From the human T2T-CHM13v2.0 reference genome, Homo sapiens: a stretch of 64,000 bases of DNA. Position numbers and translations under genes: made by a program. The stretch lies in assembly GCF_009914755.1 (NCBI RefSeq), contig NC_060943.1. One strand, written 5' to 3'. Below, one piece after another: positions 1 to 12,520 of this stretch. Positions within the stretch are counted from its first letter, which is position 1, and every line of letters starts with the position of its first letter. Below the pieces are notes generated by a model. That model searched no databases. It was not told where the DNA came from and was given only the letters and a program-made list of their open reading frames with translations.

Positions 1-39
1 ACTGGTGCTCTTGGCCATGGTGGTCTTCTATTAAACATA

Positions 40-488
40 GACATTTTCAACCAACACCAACATCAGAGGTTGCTCTGTGACCATGATGGAGTGAGACAAA
101 AACAAGACTCTCTCTAATCATTTCTGAGTACAGACCAAAAGAAAAGCACAGCGCAAACCACATCAAAACCAAACATTCTCTCCTCTCTGCAAATGTGGGT
201 GAGTGAGGTTCCTTTTTTGATATTTAGCCCCACTTCATTTCTCAGGCTTCCAGCATGCAGATGAAGACACCCTGGCATAGAACTGCCCCCGATTCCTGAC
301 AGCACTCAAGCCAGAGCACACCTTTGATGTGCTCCCAAATAACCAGCTCCAATATCAACCTAACACAAGTTCAAGCCCTGTAAGATGTCCCCACAACACA
401 ATCTGCCTCAGTTTCCCACCATTTCCCATGGTGTGCAGGCTACAGGTGGTCTCCGGTGGTCTTAGGCTAGTCATTGTTGGAATCATCA
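40..488 (+). mobile_element. Degenerate ERV LTR-like remnant (family uncertain)
   Basis: Motifs ccatgatggagtgagacaaaaacaagac and ctacaggtggtctccggtggtcttaggct...CA resemble old ERV LTRs; no TSD verified. Confidence 0.35.
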
Positions 489-1129
489 AACCCTATCCAT
501 GCCTCCTCGGAGCTCTCGTTGCTTGCATGTGTCCTCAGACTATAACATTCATGTGAAAAGTGCCAGGGTGCTGGCAGTACCCACTTACCCACCTACGTAG
601 ATATCAGCATATGAGGGCTGCAGCATGTTGGACCCAGCAGTGAGCCCAGGTTAATTGGTTCACGTCATTATGTTACAGCTTGGGTGTCACCAGCACCAGC
701 ATTCTTGGGGGAATCCACAGCTAGGGACAAACATTGGTGGCCTCTCTGCCTCCCAAAGATTGGGGAACAGAGGGGACAGAGCAGTAAATCAATGAACAGG
801 AGTGCCCCTTGTTGGCCTGATATATACAAGGTTTCTATGAGCTTCTGGGCCAGTGTATTCTAGTAGAAAGATGCCAGATTACCTGTTCAAAATACCAAGG
901 GTCTATCCCAGCACCAACCTTATGTCTTATATATTTTACACTCCTGGGGAGTCACTCGCATGAAGGGTACCCCTGACACCAACATGTGGGAAGGGGGAGA
1001 GGAGGGGTTGGTCATGCCATTCCTGGACAGAACAGACAGCCGTGAGAATGCGGAAACATCCCCGCTGTTGGCAGGTCCTTCCAGAGTCAAACCTTTCAAA
1101 AGAACACTCAGACATGTTAGAAATTTACC

Positions 1130-1565
1130 CTCCCTCACTGTGGCTATATGCAAATATTTAGCTATAATGTTTCTTTTAATTCCATAAAAAGAAAGGGAAA
1201 TGATATAAAATGGTACCAACCTCAGTATTCAATGTTGAGAGACTGATTAAATTGATACATTCAGATAATTAAATACTATGCAAATATTTAAAATGACAGA
1301 ATAATATCTGATAGAGGAAGATGTATGTCCATGATCTACTTTTCAGTGAAAAAATATCAGATCATAAAATAATGCATACAATATAATCCTGTTTCATAAA
1401 AATAGTCATATAATATGTGCACATATAATATGTGCACATGAAATAAATGGCTGGAATCAGGTCCACATGGAGAGTGGTTGGAAATGGTAATTTGCATTTT
1501 TTTGTTTATTCTGTGTCTTCAGAAACACATCTACAATGAACTTATATCTTTCATATCAGAAATAA
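1130..1565 (+). mobile_element. Ancient L1M (L1ME/MC-like) 3' end remnant
   Basis: aaatactatgca...ttaaaa, agtgaaaaaa, atacaatataatcc, ctacaatgaac motifs typical of old L1 3' UTR; 15-bp tandem duplication catataatatgtgca at ~1408-1437. Confidence 0.55.
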
Positions 1566-2871
1566 TGAAGGCTTAGGGTTTTGCCTTTGTTATTGGCCTG
1601 TCGTTCAGAGAGTCTACATCACAGGTGAGTTTGAGCAGTGTCAGAAATCTGATATCCAGATGGGAAGAGGCTGCATTTCCGACACTCAGGGCTCCCCACA
1701 GCTGCTGTTTCAGACCCAAATCACTCTTACAGCTCAACCAAAATCCTCCCACTGTCTGAGATTAACGACTCCACCCTTCAAGGCTGAGAGCTGGAGGAAA
1801 GATTGCTAAGAACACTATATGCCAACATGTTTTCAGATACTTGCATTTCTATGTCACCTAAACAAAGCAATGCTTACCAAAAATTCTCAGAATCCCAGAA
1901 GCACAAAGTTGCTAAGGCTGAGCAAGAGTGATGGGACATGGTCACGGTTTACTGGTAGAGCTGGCACTGCTTTCTCCTGTCCCAAGCCCTTCTCCTTGGA
2001 CCATGCTGCTTTCCTCGTGGTGAGTGCTTCCCTGTGGTTTAACCAAGGAAGAAGACGTTCCTACGAGAACAACAAATAGATTGAATACAGGAGCTGTTGG
2101 GCCAGGGGGTATGTGGGGGGCATTTTCCCCAAAACTTCAAGAATAAATCTCCAAACCAGTGTCTTTCAGATGCAGGGATGGTGCTCAGGATAGGCCAAGC
2201 CTGTGTGAAAACCCTGCAGACAGCCATTCTCAGGGCAGTTGGGCTGCCCTGCACTGCCAAGGTGGTCTTCCCGGGGCCTTATGTCCACAACTGTATGGGC
2301 TCCAGGGCTCGCCTAGTTTCATCTGGTTGATTTCATTTCCTCTTTCTTTCTTTCCAGTGATGAGGTTGGTGAGGACAGTCTTTTACCCAACCCCTGCATA
2401 CCGGTGACTCTTATGTGAGAGACACCGGCCTAGGCTACTATCTCCTGGGAACAGATACTAACGAAATGTAATTTCACTGAGGCCACAACACATCTGAGAA
2501 GGACAAGGTGATGTGGGGCCAGCCATCTTCATCCTAAGGCTCCGGTGCAACATCCTGTGTCCCTGGAGGCCCAATTTGACAAACCCCTGCCCAAGGTGAG
2601 CATCCATCTAGCAGGGGGAGGCAGGCTTAGCCCATCCGCATCGCCCTCTAGCCTGGGTCCCCAAGAGCTAGGTTGCCTGAGTCACTCGAGGAGCTCAGAG
2701 CACATAATCAGACTCTCCAGAGTCCAGGCCCTGCAAACTATAGTTTGGGGACATTCACCAGGTGGTTCTGATGCACAGGGAAAATCCACTCCAATTGTGC
2801 AAATAGTGTATGCATGGGGAGCCTTGAACCCAAATCAGCTTAGGCAAAGTTTACTTGACATGGCCTGGGTA

Positions 2872-3135
2872 CTTTTAAAAGAAAAACTCTGGACAAATTA
2901 AATTTAACAGGTTTAACTGAGCAAACAATGATTCAAGAATCGGGCAAGCCTCAGAACTCTATTAGGTGCAGAGCAACTCCAGGGCCGCCTTGTGATTGCG
3001 CAACATTTATAGAAAAAAAAATAAAAAAGGAAAGTGAGCTACAGAAAACAGAAGTGAGGTACAGAGACTGCTCCATTGGTTAAAAGTTGGCATTGCCTTC
3101 ATTGAACCTTGTTTGAACAGTTGGCCTGCATTCAA
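2872..3135 (-). mobile_element. MER57/MER51-group ERV1 LTR fragment
   Basis: aaaaactctggacaaattaaatttaacag...gagcaaacaatgattcaagaatcgggca and gaagtgaggtacaga...ttgaacagttggc match the reverse complement of this LTR group. Confidence 0.65.
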
Positions 3136-3804
3136 GGATTTGGGAATTTCACCTGTAGGGGCTTTGCCATGGAGAGAGAGCCGTGTGGAGCTTATAGGGA
3201 TACACAGGAAGATCCTGGCTAGACAGGGAGTTGCTCCCTGGAGGTGCCTGCTAACCCCATGCCACCCCATGATCCTGCAGCACGGGGCTCCTCTTTGTTC
3301 AGCAAGTTCATCTCTAAACACAATAAAGCTGTCAGAAAACACTCATTTCTTTAGAGGGTGACTTACTGACATCGTTAGTTGTTGCATTTTCTTCCCCAGT
3401 TGCAAATGAATGTTTCTTAAAAACAGAAGCCATGGATGGTGATCCTGACTCTTAATAGCAGGGCTGTTGGTGACGAGCCATGTGCATCCTATAAAAACAC
3501 CCACCTAGTCCTCCAACAGGGAGATTTGCCTTGTGCAAGAATCTGCACAGAACACTGAAGGTTAGAACAGCAAGTACTTCAGACACGAATAATGCCCATT
3601 AGAATACTCTTTTTATTTTCAAAAGTATTTCTTTACCCATAGAAACCCTACATTCCCTCCTCCACTTTCAGCATGGCTCATCAGTTCATAGCAAAGTTCA
3701 AGGCAGAAACGAATTTTTCAATATTTTGCCAATGGCTGCTCTACGATAGAATTGGTCATACAGGAAACAGGGGCATTTTAAAACACAAATATGTTGGCTG
3801 GGCC

Positions 3805-3972
3805 TAGAGCAGGGATCTCAATTGTTCCTGCCTATGAGAACCATCAGGAAGCCCCCTCCACAGAGGCTCAGATTTCATTTTTCTGATATAAGCCAGGGCA
3901 TCATATTTTTTCAAAAAATAAAAATACTTACAAGTTTTCTAGTATGCATTCAGGCTTAAGGACCACTGGCCC
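3805..3972. mobile_element. MER5-like hAT DNA transposon remnant
   Basis: agcagggatctcaa ... tatgcattcaggcttaaggaccactg termini and internal layout. Confidence 0.5.
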
Positions 3973-4974
3973 AGCATAGGAGACATAACAGGAAGCATTA
4001 ATTAAGCAAAGCTGGGCTGAGCACTTATGTATCGGGCACAATGCTTGAAGGCAGGTGAGTTTTCCTATGGTGGAATCCTGAAGCTCTTATGCTCTGTGGC
4101 CAGTACTAATACCAGAGCAAAGGGGAAGCCATCTTGAACACCATCTCTGTACACACTGTTTCAGCAAAGAGAAGAACTACCAACATCTTATGTTATTCAA
4201 GCAAGACTCAACCCAGCCTACCAGGGTAGAGAGAAAATCTGCAAGTGACAAGGGAAGATTGGCAAAAGAGAGAGATGTAAGCACAAAGATTGTACATTTT
4301 AAAAATCTCCAGTAATTCCAGGATATGGACAAATGTACAAGCTGATAGCCAAAGAGCATATAAGGATTTTAATACCACATTTCCAGTTACAGCTAGTGAA
4401 GCATAATTGGGTACTAAATTACAATGTTAATATTCATTTGAACAAGTAAGTGCTGTACTTGGACTAGTAGCATCAGGACCCCGGGAGGGCAGCAGAGGGG
4501 CTGCTTAAGTGGACAGAGAGCTTCTCTGGATGAGTTTTGTCCTAGGTTTGGTTAAGGTTGGTTCTCAGCAGAGTCTTGAGAGGTTACAACATGGATTGTG
4601 GTTGATGGGATTTCTCCCATTGCAGTGATGCTCAAAGGATTCGGAATTAAGCAAGTTAACATACAAGTAATTACAAACTGCAGTTGGTAACACATGCTAG
4701 AAAGAAACAGAGAAAAGAACCCCAGGAGAAGGCCATAGTGAGAAGGCATTCAAGACGGCAGATGTGCAATGGGGGAGGAAGTCCTGAAACCTGCTGCACA
4801 ATTTTTCTAGCACAAATAGAAGGAAAGGGTCTTGCTTGAGGTCGCCTATTATTGCGGACTTATCTATTTATACCTCCATTTCCTCCAAACAGAGTCTGAG
4901 GTGGGGCTCACCTGTCATCTGCAAGAAAATTAAAGTCATTTCTTAAAAGGGGCAAAAGCAAATTGAAGTAATGA

Positions 4975-5063
4975 GGAGGAGGGAGAGAGGAGGTTAAAAG
5001 AGAGAGAGAGAAAGGGAGAGAGACAAACACACACATTCACACACACACACACACACACACACA
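4975..5063. repeat. (GA)-rich tract followed by (CA)n microsatellite
   Basis: Directly visible. Confidence 0.9.
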
Positions 5064-6202
5064 GCCATATGTATTTGAGTTCCTTTCTAAAATCCAAATC
5101 TTACATAGAGCACAATTTTCCTTTTGCCCATTTCTCAAGGAACTTGTTGTCTTCCTGTGCAATTTCTTTGGGCTTCATACAAAAGGTAAGATTCCATATT
5201 AAGTAATACTAATTAGCTAGGACAATCTTGAGTATGTAACAAAAGCAAATCTATCACTAGCTGTGGGGGAAAAAAATAGTCCTCATCTCCCCCAAACCCC
5301 AAAACACATAAGCTCAGCATTTTAACTGGCTGGGATGAGAGCCATTATTTTCATTAATGGAGCTCATTTTTATTTTATTGGGCTTTTTTACTATCAGATT
5401 AAAAGCATGTTTTTATTGTAGTTTTTTCTAACGCAATCTGAGATGATGTGCTCAGGATGAATGGAATAGTTATTGTTTTAATTATTTTTTCATTCTGTGA
5501 TTTTATTTTGTTTGTTCCTTTTATTTACTACTCTTAAGTTTGTCTTAATAACATGGACTCGGGGTGCTTGGAGGCCTCCAGTCATCATCCCCGCGGTGGT
5601 TTGCATTTGCTAATGACCAAGGAACAGGGAAATCACTAGCATGCGGATGCTTTTGGAACTGAGTCATGGCCCAGCCTTCCTGTTGAGGATGCCCAGGTTA
5701 GGGCCAAGGGCATGGACTCCCAGGGTTGGAGGGAGCAACACAGCAGCTCCCAGAAGCACCTGATGTCTTTCCAGGACATTTCTGTCCCTGCGTCTGCTCC
5801 AGGCTGTCCTGGCTCACTAGGTCAAGGAAAGGCTGGAAGGGATCTCAAGGGAGGGAAGTCAGCAAAAGGACATGTTCCTCACCTACAGCCACATCTCTCC
5901 CTGATGCCCAGTTCCATATGGGATACTGTCAGAACACACAGGTTTTCACACACAGAGGCCCATAGCTGGACACAGGCACGTGTTCTCTGCCTTGAAAAAA
6001 AAAAAGGAAGACCACAAAGGCTTCCCAGCAAGTTTAGATGTCTTGGGGACCCTGTGGGCCTAGGAGAACCAGAAACAAGGGCAGGGCAGAGTTGCTTACT
6101 TAGAACAGAAATCAAGTACTGCTTTGGGAGTTAGCTGTCCAGGGGCCAAGCTGAAACAATACCGGACACTGCAAGTTACTCAGAAGCCCGACCCTCAGCC
6201 CT

Positions 6203-6937
6203 GCCATTTGCAACAACACAGATGAATGTTATGTTAAATGAAATTAGCCAGACATAGAAAGAAAGCACTGGCTGGGAGTGGTGGCTCATGCCTGTAATCC
6301 CAGCACTTTGGGAGGTGGAGGCAGGCAGATCACTTGAGGCCAGGAGTTCAAGACCAGCCTGGCCAACATGGTGAAATCCCGTCTCTACAAAAAATACAAA
6401 AATTAGCCGGGCCTGGTGGCATGAACCTGTAATCCCAGCTACTCGGGAGGCTGAGGCAAGAGAATTGCTTGAACCCAGGAGGCGGAGGCTGCAGTGAGCC
6501 AAGATTGTGCTACTGCACTCCAGCCAGGGCAATAGAGCGAGACTCCATCTCAAAAAAAAAGAAAGAAAGCACTATGTGATGTCACTTATACACAGAGCCT
6601 AAAAAGGTCAAATACACAGAGGCAGAGAGTGGAATGCTGGTTACCAGGGGCAGGGAGCTGGGAGAACGCTGGTCTTAGGGTACAAAGTTGCAGCAATGTA
6701 GGAGGTGTAAGTCCAGAAATGTAACGTACAGCAGGGAGATTACAGTTACTAGTAGCGTATTGTTTGCTGGAAATTTGCTAAGAGAGATTTCAGGTGCTCT
6801 CACTACACGCCCACACACACACAAAGGGAACTAGGAGAGGAGACATGGATACGTTAATTTGCTTGGCGGGATTAATCATTCCACTAGGTCTATCAGAACT
6901 TCATGTTGTATGCCTTACATATATGCAATGAAAATAT
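6203..6937 (+). mobile_element. L1MA8/9-L1MB-type 3' end, interrupted by an Alu
   Basis: gccatttgcaacaac, ggcagagagtggaatgctggttaccagggg, gggtacaaagttgcag, gaaatttgctaagagag, catgttgtatgccttacatatatgcaat. Confidence 0.8.
6270..6559 (+). mobile_element. AluS (Sz/Sx-like), full length
   Basis: Dimeric Alu with A tail; TSD agaaagaaagcact at 6256-6269 and 6560-6573. Confidence 0.97.
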
Positions 6938-7219
6938 TGGGCATATAAATGCCCATAATTGCCTGATCAAGGATTCATTTGGGGTCACTTGTGTGCCAGT
7001 ACTCACATTCTCTGGGCCTGTTCTCCACTGTGACTGAAGAAAGAATCTGTCTTCCTCACGAGAAGCCTTGGCCTGTGCTTGGGTTTACCACAGTCCCTCC
7101 CTCTCTCTAAAGTGTCATCACGGACTCTAGTTGCCTGCCTGCACCCCATTTGCAGAAGGAGTCCCCAAAGTATGCTCTAGTTTCCAAGCCTGTTTGAATT
7201 AAAATCTGGCAAAGAACTA

Positions 7220-7596
7220 AAGATCACGTTACTCCCTGCTCAAAGGGCTTCCCAACACATTCAATATAAAATCTGAACACTGTGTGGCCCCAAGAAGCCC
7301 TCTGTGACCCGACCCTCTCATCGTTATCCTCATCTGCTCCCATCTCTGCCCAGAGGCTTCACAGAGAGGCTGCCTGTCATTACCTGCCATGCCCCCCATG
7401 GCTCCTGTGCCCTCACCTGTCTTCCTTTCTGTCATGGCTCTGTCATCCCTGACTGGCATTAGTTATGCTTTTATTGACTATCTCTCCACCTGAGAATGAG
7501 CACATGAGGGAAAAAATTTTGTCTGCCCCTTCATCACCACCGTGTCTCCAGCACAACAGCCCTAGGTACTTGGTAGGTAGTCAAGGAATATTTGGA
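7220..7596 (+). mobile_element. L2 3' remnant
   Basis: gatcacgttactccctgctcaaa ... ttggtaggtagtcaaggaatatttgga resemble the L2 3' region. Confidence 0.55.
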
Positions 7597-7614
7597 AGAT
7601 GCTAGGGCTCTCTG

Positions 7615-8007
<393 letters not shown>

Positions 8008-9099
8008 TGAAAAAGCACTGGGCATGTCAACACCCAGATTTGCATAACCAAAGACTCCTTTGTTTCCACTCGTGTCCCAATGGATGAAGAAGGAATTTCA
8101 GGAGTGAAGGTGAACCTAGGACTCAGGTATCTCTTTCCAGCCCTCCTCAAACCCACAGAATACTGCGGAGGTCACTTTATTTTGTTACTGAACAAAGGTA
8201 AGGGATATAATGCTTTAAAATCCCCATAAAGCCTGCTTGTTAATCAATGTTGAATCACTAATGCAATTTATTACATCCTTTGATTCATACATATCCATTT
8301 CACAAGACATATTCTATCTATACCAACATTTTACACAAGGATCGAAACAGAATATTGAGCACAGTTTAACAAAATCTAGGCACTAATTTCTGGAAATAAA
8401 TTCTACTTATCAAAAGGCATTGTTCCCCTAAGGGAAGCAACCACTATTATCTAAAGAACTGTTTTTTTCATAAAGATAACTTGGAAGAATCTACCGTGCC
8501 TTTGGAGAAAATACCCAGATTCAAGTTACATACACGAAAGACTTGTATTTATCATGATCCAAATTCACAACACTCAAGTGCCAAGGTCGCATGGTCTCCA
8601 GGAATTCTGAGTGGGAGAGATGAATTCACCATCAATAAGGACTAGTATATTGTCCTTGAATATTGCACTTGTGAATTCCATATTGAATAAGATTCTATTT
8701 TGCTCCAGAGTTTTGGAGTTATCTGTCATTTTGAAAATTCTTGATCTAAGCTCGGCAGACTTTGGTTAGTTCTATTTGGTTCTATTTGGTTGGTTAGCAA
8801 ATATAACCAACCATCCCTTAAAAGGTGCTGCAGGAGACAACAAAGCTGTGGATCACGGGTTTATAAAAAGAAAATGTTCGGCACTCACAAATAATTGCAC
8901 GTCATTTGGCTGGCAGTATGTGGAATGCAAGTCAGACCTTGTAGTTTAACCTCAGGGTTGAGCTGCATGCAGATTTCTGCATTGGTTCACTAGGAATAAT
9001 GGATGACTACTGATTATTATTACATATTATCAAATGTATATTATAAAAATTATATCATTAAGTATTATATAAATATAATCACAAAGATGGCAATGGCCA

Positions 9100-9275
9100 A
9101 AACTTCGTGAGTGCCTTCTCTCTACTAAACAACATGCTAGGCCCCTTACAGGCATTTTTCCCTTTTAACGACCACGCCCACAGCGGTGGCACCATTATTC
9201 TTACTTTCAGATGAGGAACGTGGGACAGAGAGAGGCTAGGTTGCTTGCCCAAGGGGATCACTGGTGCAAATGAGG
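9100..9275 (-). mobile_element. MIR
   Basis: attattcttactttcagatgaggaacgtgggacagagagaggctaggttgcttgcccaagg is the reverse MIR core. Confidence 0.7.
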
Positions 9276-10010
9276 CCCCGGCAGCCAAGGGGAATGAGGT
9301 GTGAAGCTACACACAGAGTGAGGGGCCATGGCAAACCCAAGGGCTGAGCTGCGGCTGCTGTGGCCATATCTCCACATTTCAAGAGAACCGCACATCCTGA
9401 TTTCAATTTGCAAACATTAAAAACGTGATAGACACAGATGAAACACAGCTCCAGGCCCACAGCCAATCCTCTGGGCACCATTTGGCCAACTCTACACCCT
9501 CTTCCTTTGCTCCTGTGCTGTTTGGATGGCTTGTTTTTTCCTCCCCCACGAAGTTGTAGAGTTCTGAGAACAAGGACCGTATCTCACACAGCTTTCATCT
9601 CCTTCCAGGTAACACCAGTGCTGGCTGGGAGTATGCGATGGTACGCTGGGGACAGATGGTACCCCCAACCCCAGGATCCAAATCCTGCCCAGTTTGCCTT
9701 CTTGGACACAGGGGCTCATTTGGAGTCTCAGCGTCCATGTCTTGCTACCTTTTACGTAGCAACTGTGCTCTAAAATGAAGAAGCAAAGCCAGGTGACTCA
9801 GTGGGCATGGGGGTGCTTGTGACTGGGGGCCAGAGCTGCAGGGTCTGTTTCAGGGGCGGTGGGGCCCTGTCAGCCACATGCTCAGACACCCAGATCTAAA
9901 CACCTTGCAGTGATTATCCAGGCAACCCTGAGTCTAGAATCTTCCTTCTCCTTGCACATCTTCTTCACCGTACCAATTTGAAGCAATACTGTAAAGTGGT
10001 ACCAGCTCAG

Positions 10011-10500
10011 ACACACACACCCAGAACATGGAAACTTGTATATACACACTCAGCACATGAGGACATGTGTGCACATACCCAGAACATGGGAGTGTGTATA
10101 TACACACCCAGAACACGAGAGCTTGTGTGCACACCCAGAACATGGGAACATTTGTAAACACACCCAGAACATGAGGACTCGTGTGTGTACACCCAGAATG
10201 TGAGGGTATGTGTGTGCACACCCAGAACATGGGAATGTGTGTATACACAGCCAGAACATGAGGACATAAGTGTGTACACCCAGAATATGAGGGTATGTCT
10301 GTATACACTCAGAACATGGGAATATGTGTATTCATACCCAGAATGTGAGAACATGTGCGTGCAAACCAAGAACATGAGAACATATGTGTGCACACCCAGA
10401 ACATGAGAACATGTGTGTGCAAACCAGAACATGAGAACATGTGTGTGCAAACCAGAACATGAGAACATGTGTGTGCGCACATGAGGGGCTGTCTGTTCAC
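10011..10500. repeat. ~29-bp minisatellite, ~16 units (consensus ccagaacatgrgaacatgtgtgtrcacac)
   Basis: Units counted by eye from 10021; one more unit lies at 11080-11115 beyond the MLT2 insertion. Confidence 0.95.
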
Positions 10501-10504
10501 ACCA

Positions 10505-11077
10505 TGTGATGGCTAATTTTAGGTGTCAGCTCGACGGTTAAGGGATACCAGGATAGCTGGTATGGTAAAGCATTATTTTGGGTATGTGTGTGAAGTTGTT
10601 TCTACAAGAGTTAGGCGTACGAGTCAGGGAGCTGAGTAAGGAAGATCTGCCTTCTCCCAATCAAGGCAGACACCCTCCAATTGGATGAGGGCCCAGATAG
10701 AACAAAAAGGCCGAGACAAGGTCAGTTTGCTCTCCGTCTCTTCGGTGTCTGGAACACCCATCTTCTCCTGACCTTGGACACCAAAACTCCACATTTTCCA
10801 GCCTCTGAACTTTGAGACTTTTACCAGTTCCCCTACCCTCTGTTCAAAGGTTTTCAGGCCATGGGCCTAGGACTGAGCTGCACCAGCGGCTGCCCTGGCT
10901 CTCCAGCTTGCAGATAGCATACTGTGGAACTTCTCAGCTGCCATAATAGTGTGAGCCAAGTCCCATAGTAAATCCCCTCTCTTCTATTTGGCTAGCTATA
11001 TCTATTTCTATATACATGTATGCCTATATCTCTATATCCTATCAGTTCTGTTTCTCCAGAGAACCCTGATTCATACA
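10505..11077 (+). mobile_element. MLT2B-type (ERVL) solo LTR
   Basis: TGTGATGGCTAATTTT...TGTCAGCTCGAC start, tcagttctgtttctccagagaaccctgattcataCA end; degenerate 5-bp TSD cacca/tgcca. Confidence 0.9.
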
Positions 11078-12224
11078 TGCCAGAACATCAGAACATGTGT
11101 GTCTACACCAAGAACAAAAGAATAAAGTTGTTCGGCACACTCATCTTACTTCAAAGACAGGCGTTGTTGGAGAAAATTCAAGATCATTGGTTTTGCATTT
11201 CTCCAGCCCAGCAATGAGGGGATGAGGGAGGTACTAGTCCACTTGGGATAACTAAGAATGGATTGTCACTTTTCATAATCAGGGCTGGCTGATGGGAGGA
11301 GGCTTGCTGTGGGGAAATGAGGGCAGGACGGGGAGCGTGGCTGTCAAGTGCCCTACCAGGCTATGAGCCTCTCAAATGTAGGGGTTGCACAAGAGTGGGC
11401 TTAGCTCAGCCAGCATCTACCTGTGAATGATGAAATTGACTTCGAGGCTAGTGATGGGTCTGCAATGCTGTGTTCCCATTATTTGTTTATTCTGGTTGGA
11501 TCTGTCCATTCTGACTCATCAGAGAAAAGCAGGAGATGAACACAGGGCATATTGGGCATTCTGTGTTTGAGTTGGTATCTCAGACCCTGCTAGGCTGCAA
11601 AGCACACACCCAGGGACTTGAGGGGACACCCGTAAAGGAGGGCTTCTCTCCCATACGCTGCCACTCCACTGCCGAGCAAGCTCCAGCACTAACCACCACC
11701 TCCTGCACACAGTAAGTCCAGGATTTAATGGCTGGGCTTATCTCATGCGACGTTCCCAAGGCTCCATTTTTCATCAAGCAATTTTTAAAGAGTTTTATGA
11801 CCCTGTGAACAATAATTTTTTTTAGTGAAAGCAGACTGAATCGTAAGTGATGGTAATTACACCAAACTAATTGTAGACAAAATTAGTAAGAGGTCAGATC
11901 CGTTTAGTTACAAAAGAAAATATATGCTTGGAATACACCTTAAATGATCTCTGGGAAATTAATTCATCATGGAAATAAAAGGAATCTTAAATCAACAGCG
12001 ACTCTCTGGTAAAACATTTGCAAGGAATAAGGTTTCCTCTTTAGTTTTGGTTTTGATTTGATGCCCAGGTGTCAGCCTGCACCAGGATTGCAACAGGACC
12101 CAGGACCCAGGCGTTTACTTCAGTGCAGGGAGGACCCTGCAGACATTTCCCATGACTAGGGTTCTAACTGAGTCATCTCCTTTAACTTAGCTCACAAGAT
12201 CCTTCATGGCCTGGGCCCTTCTAC

Positions 12225-12520
12225 TTTTTTTTTTTCTTTCGAGACAGAGTCTTGCTCTATCACCCAAGCTGGAGTGCAGTGGCATGATCTCAGGTCACTG
12301 CAACCTCTGCCTCCCGGATTCAAGTGATTCTCCTGCCTCAGCCCCCTGAGTAGCTGGGATTACAGGCATGTGCCACAATGCTCACCTAATTTTTGCATTT
12401 TTAGTAGAGACGGGGTTTCACCATGTTGGCCAAGCTGGTCTTGAACTTCTGACCTCGTGATCCGCCTGCCTTGGCCTCCCAAAGTACTGGGATTACAGGT
12501 GTGAGCCACCACATCTGGCT
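12225..12520 (-). mobile_element. AluSg-like, inserted in an L2 remnant (~12190-12925)
   Basis: Reverse Alu with tgacctcgtgatcc (2-bp deletion) and ttggccaagctggtc; TSD gc(c/a)cttctact; L2-like tail tcaatgaatgaatg at ~12912-12925. Confidence 0.93.

Noticed and set aside
1590-1630. Consensus splice donor CAG/GTGAGT (others near 4052, 5186, 8198, 33316)
   Set aside because: Isolated donors are expected by chance; no coherent exon chain or reading frame. A lncRNA cannot be excluded without RNA data
8787-8813. 10-bp perfect hairpin tggttggtta-gcaaata-taaccaacca
   Set aside because: About one such stem is expected by chance in 64 kb; too short for a pre-miRNA
10370-10475. p53 response element in CATGAGAACATG repeats
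   Set aside because: CATG cores are spaced 8 bp apart rather than 10 and lack the YYY flanks
9934-10500. Repetitive Cys/His-rich ORFs resembling zinc fingers; array superficially CRISPR-like
   Set aside because: Translations of the 29-bp minisatellite in several frames; no unique spacers or cas genes, and the context is eukaryotic
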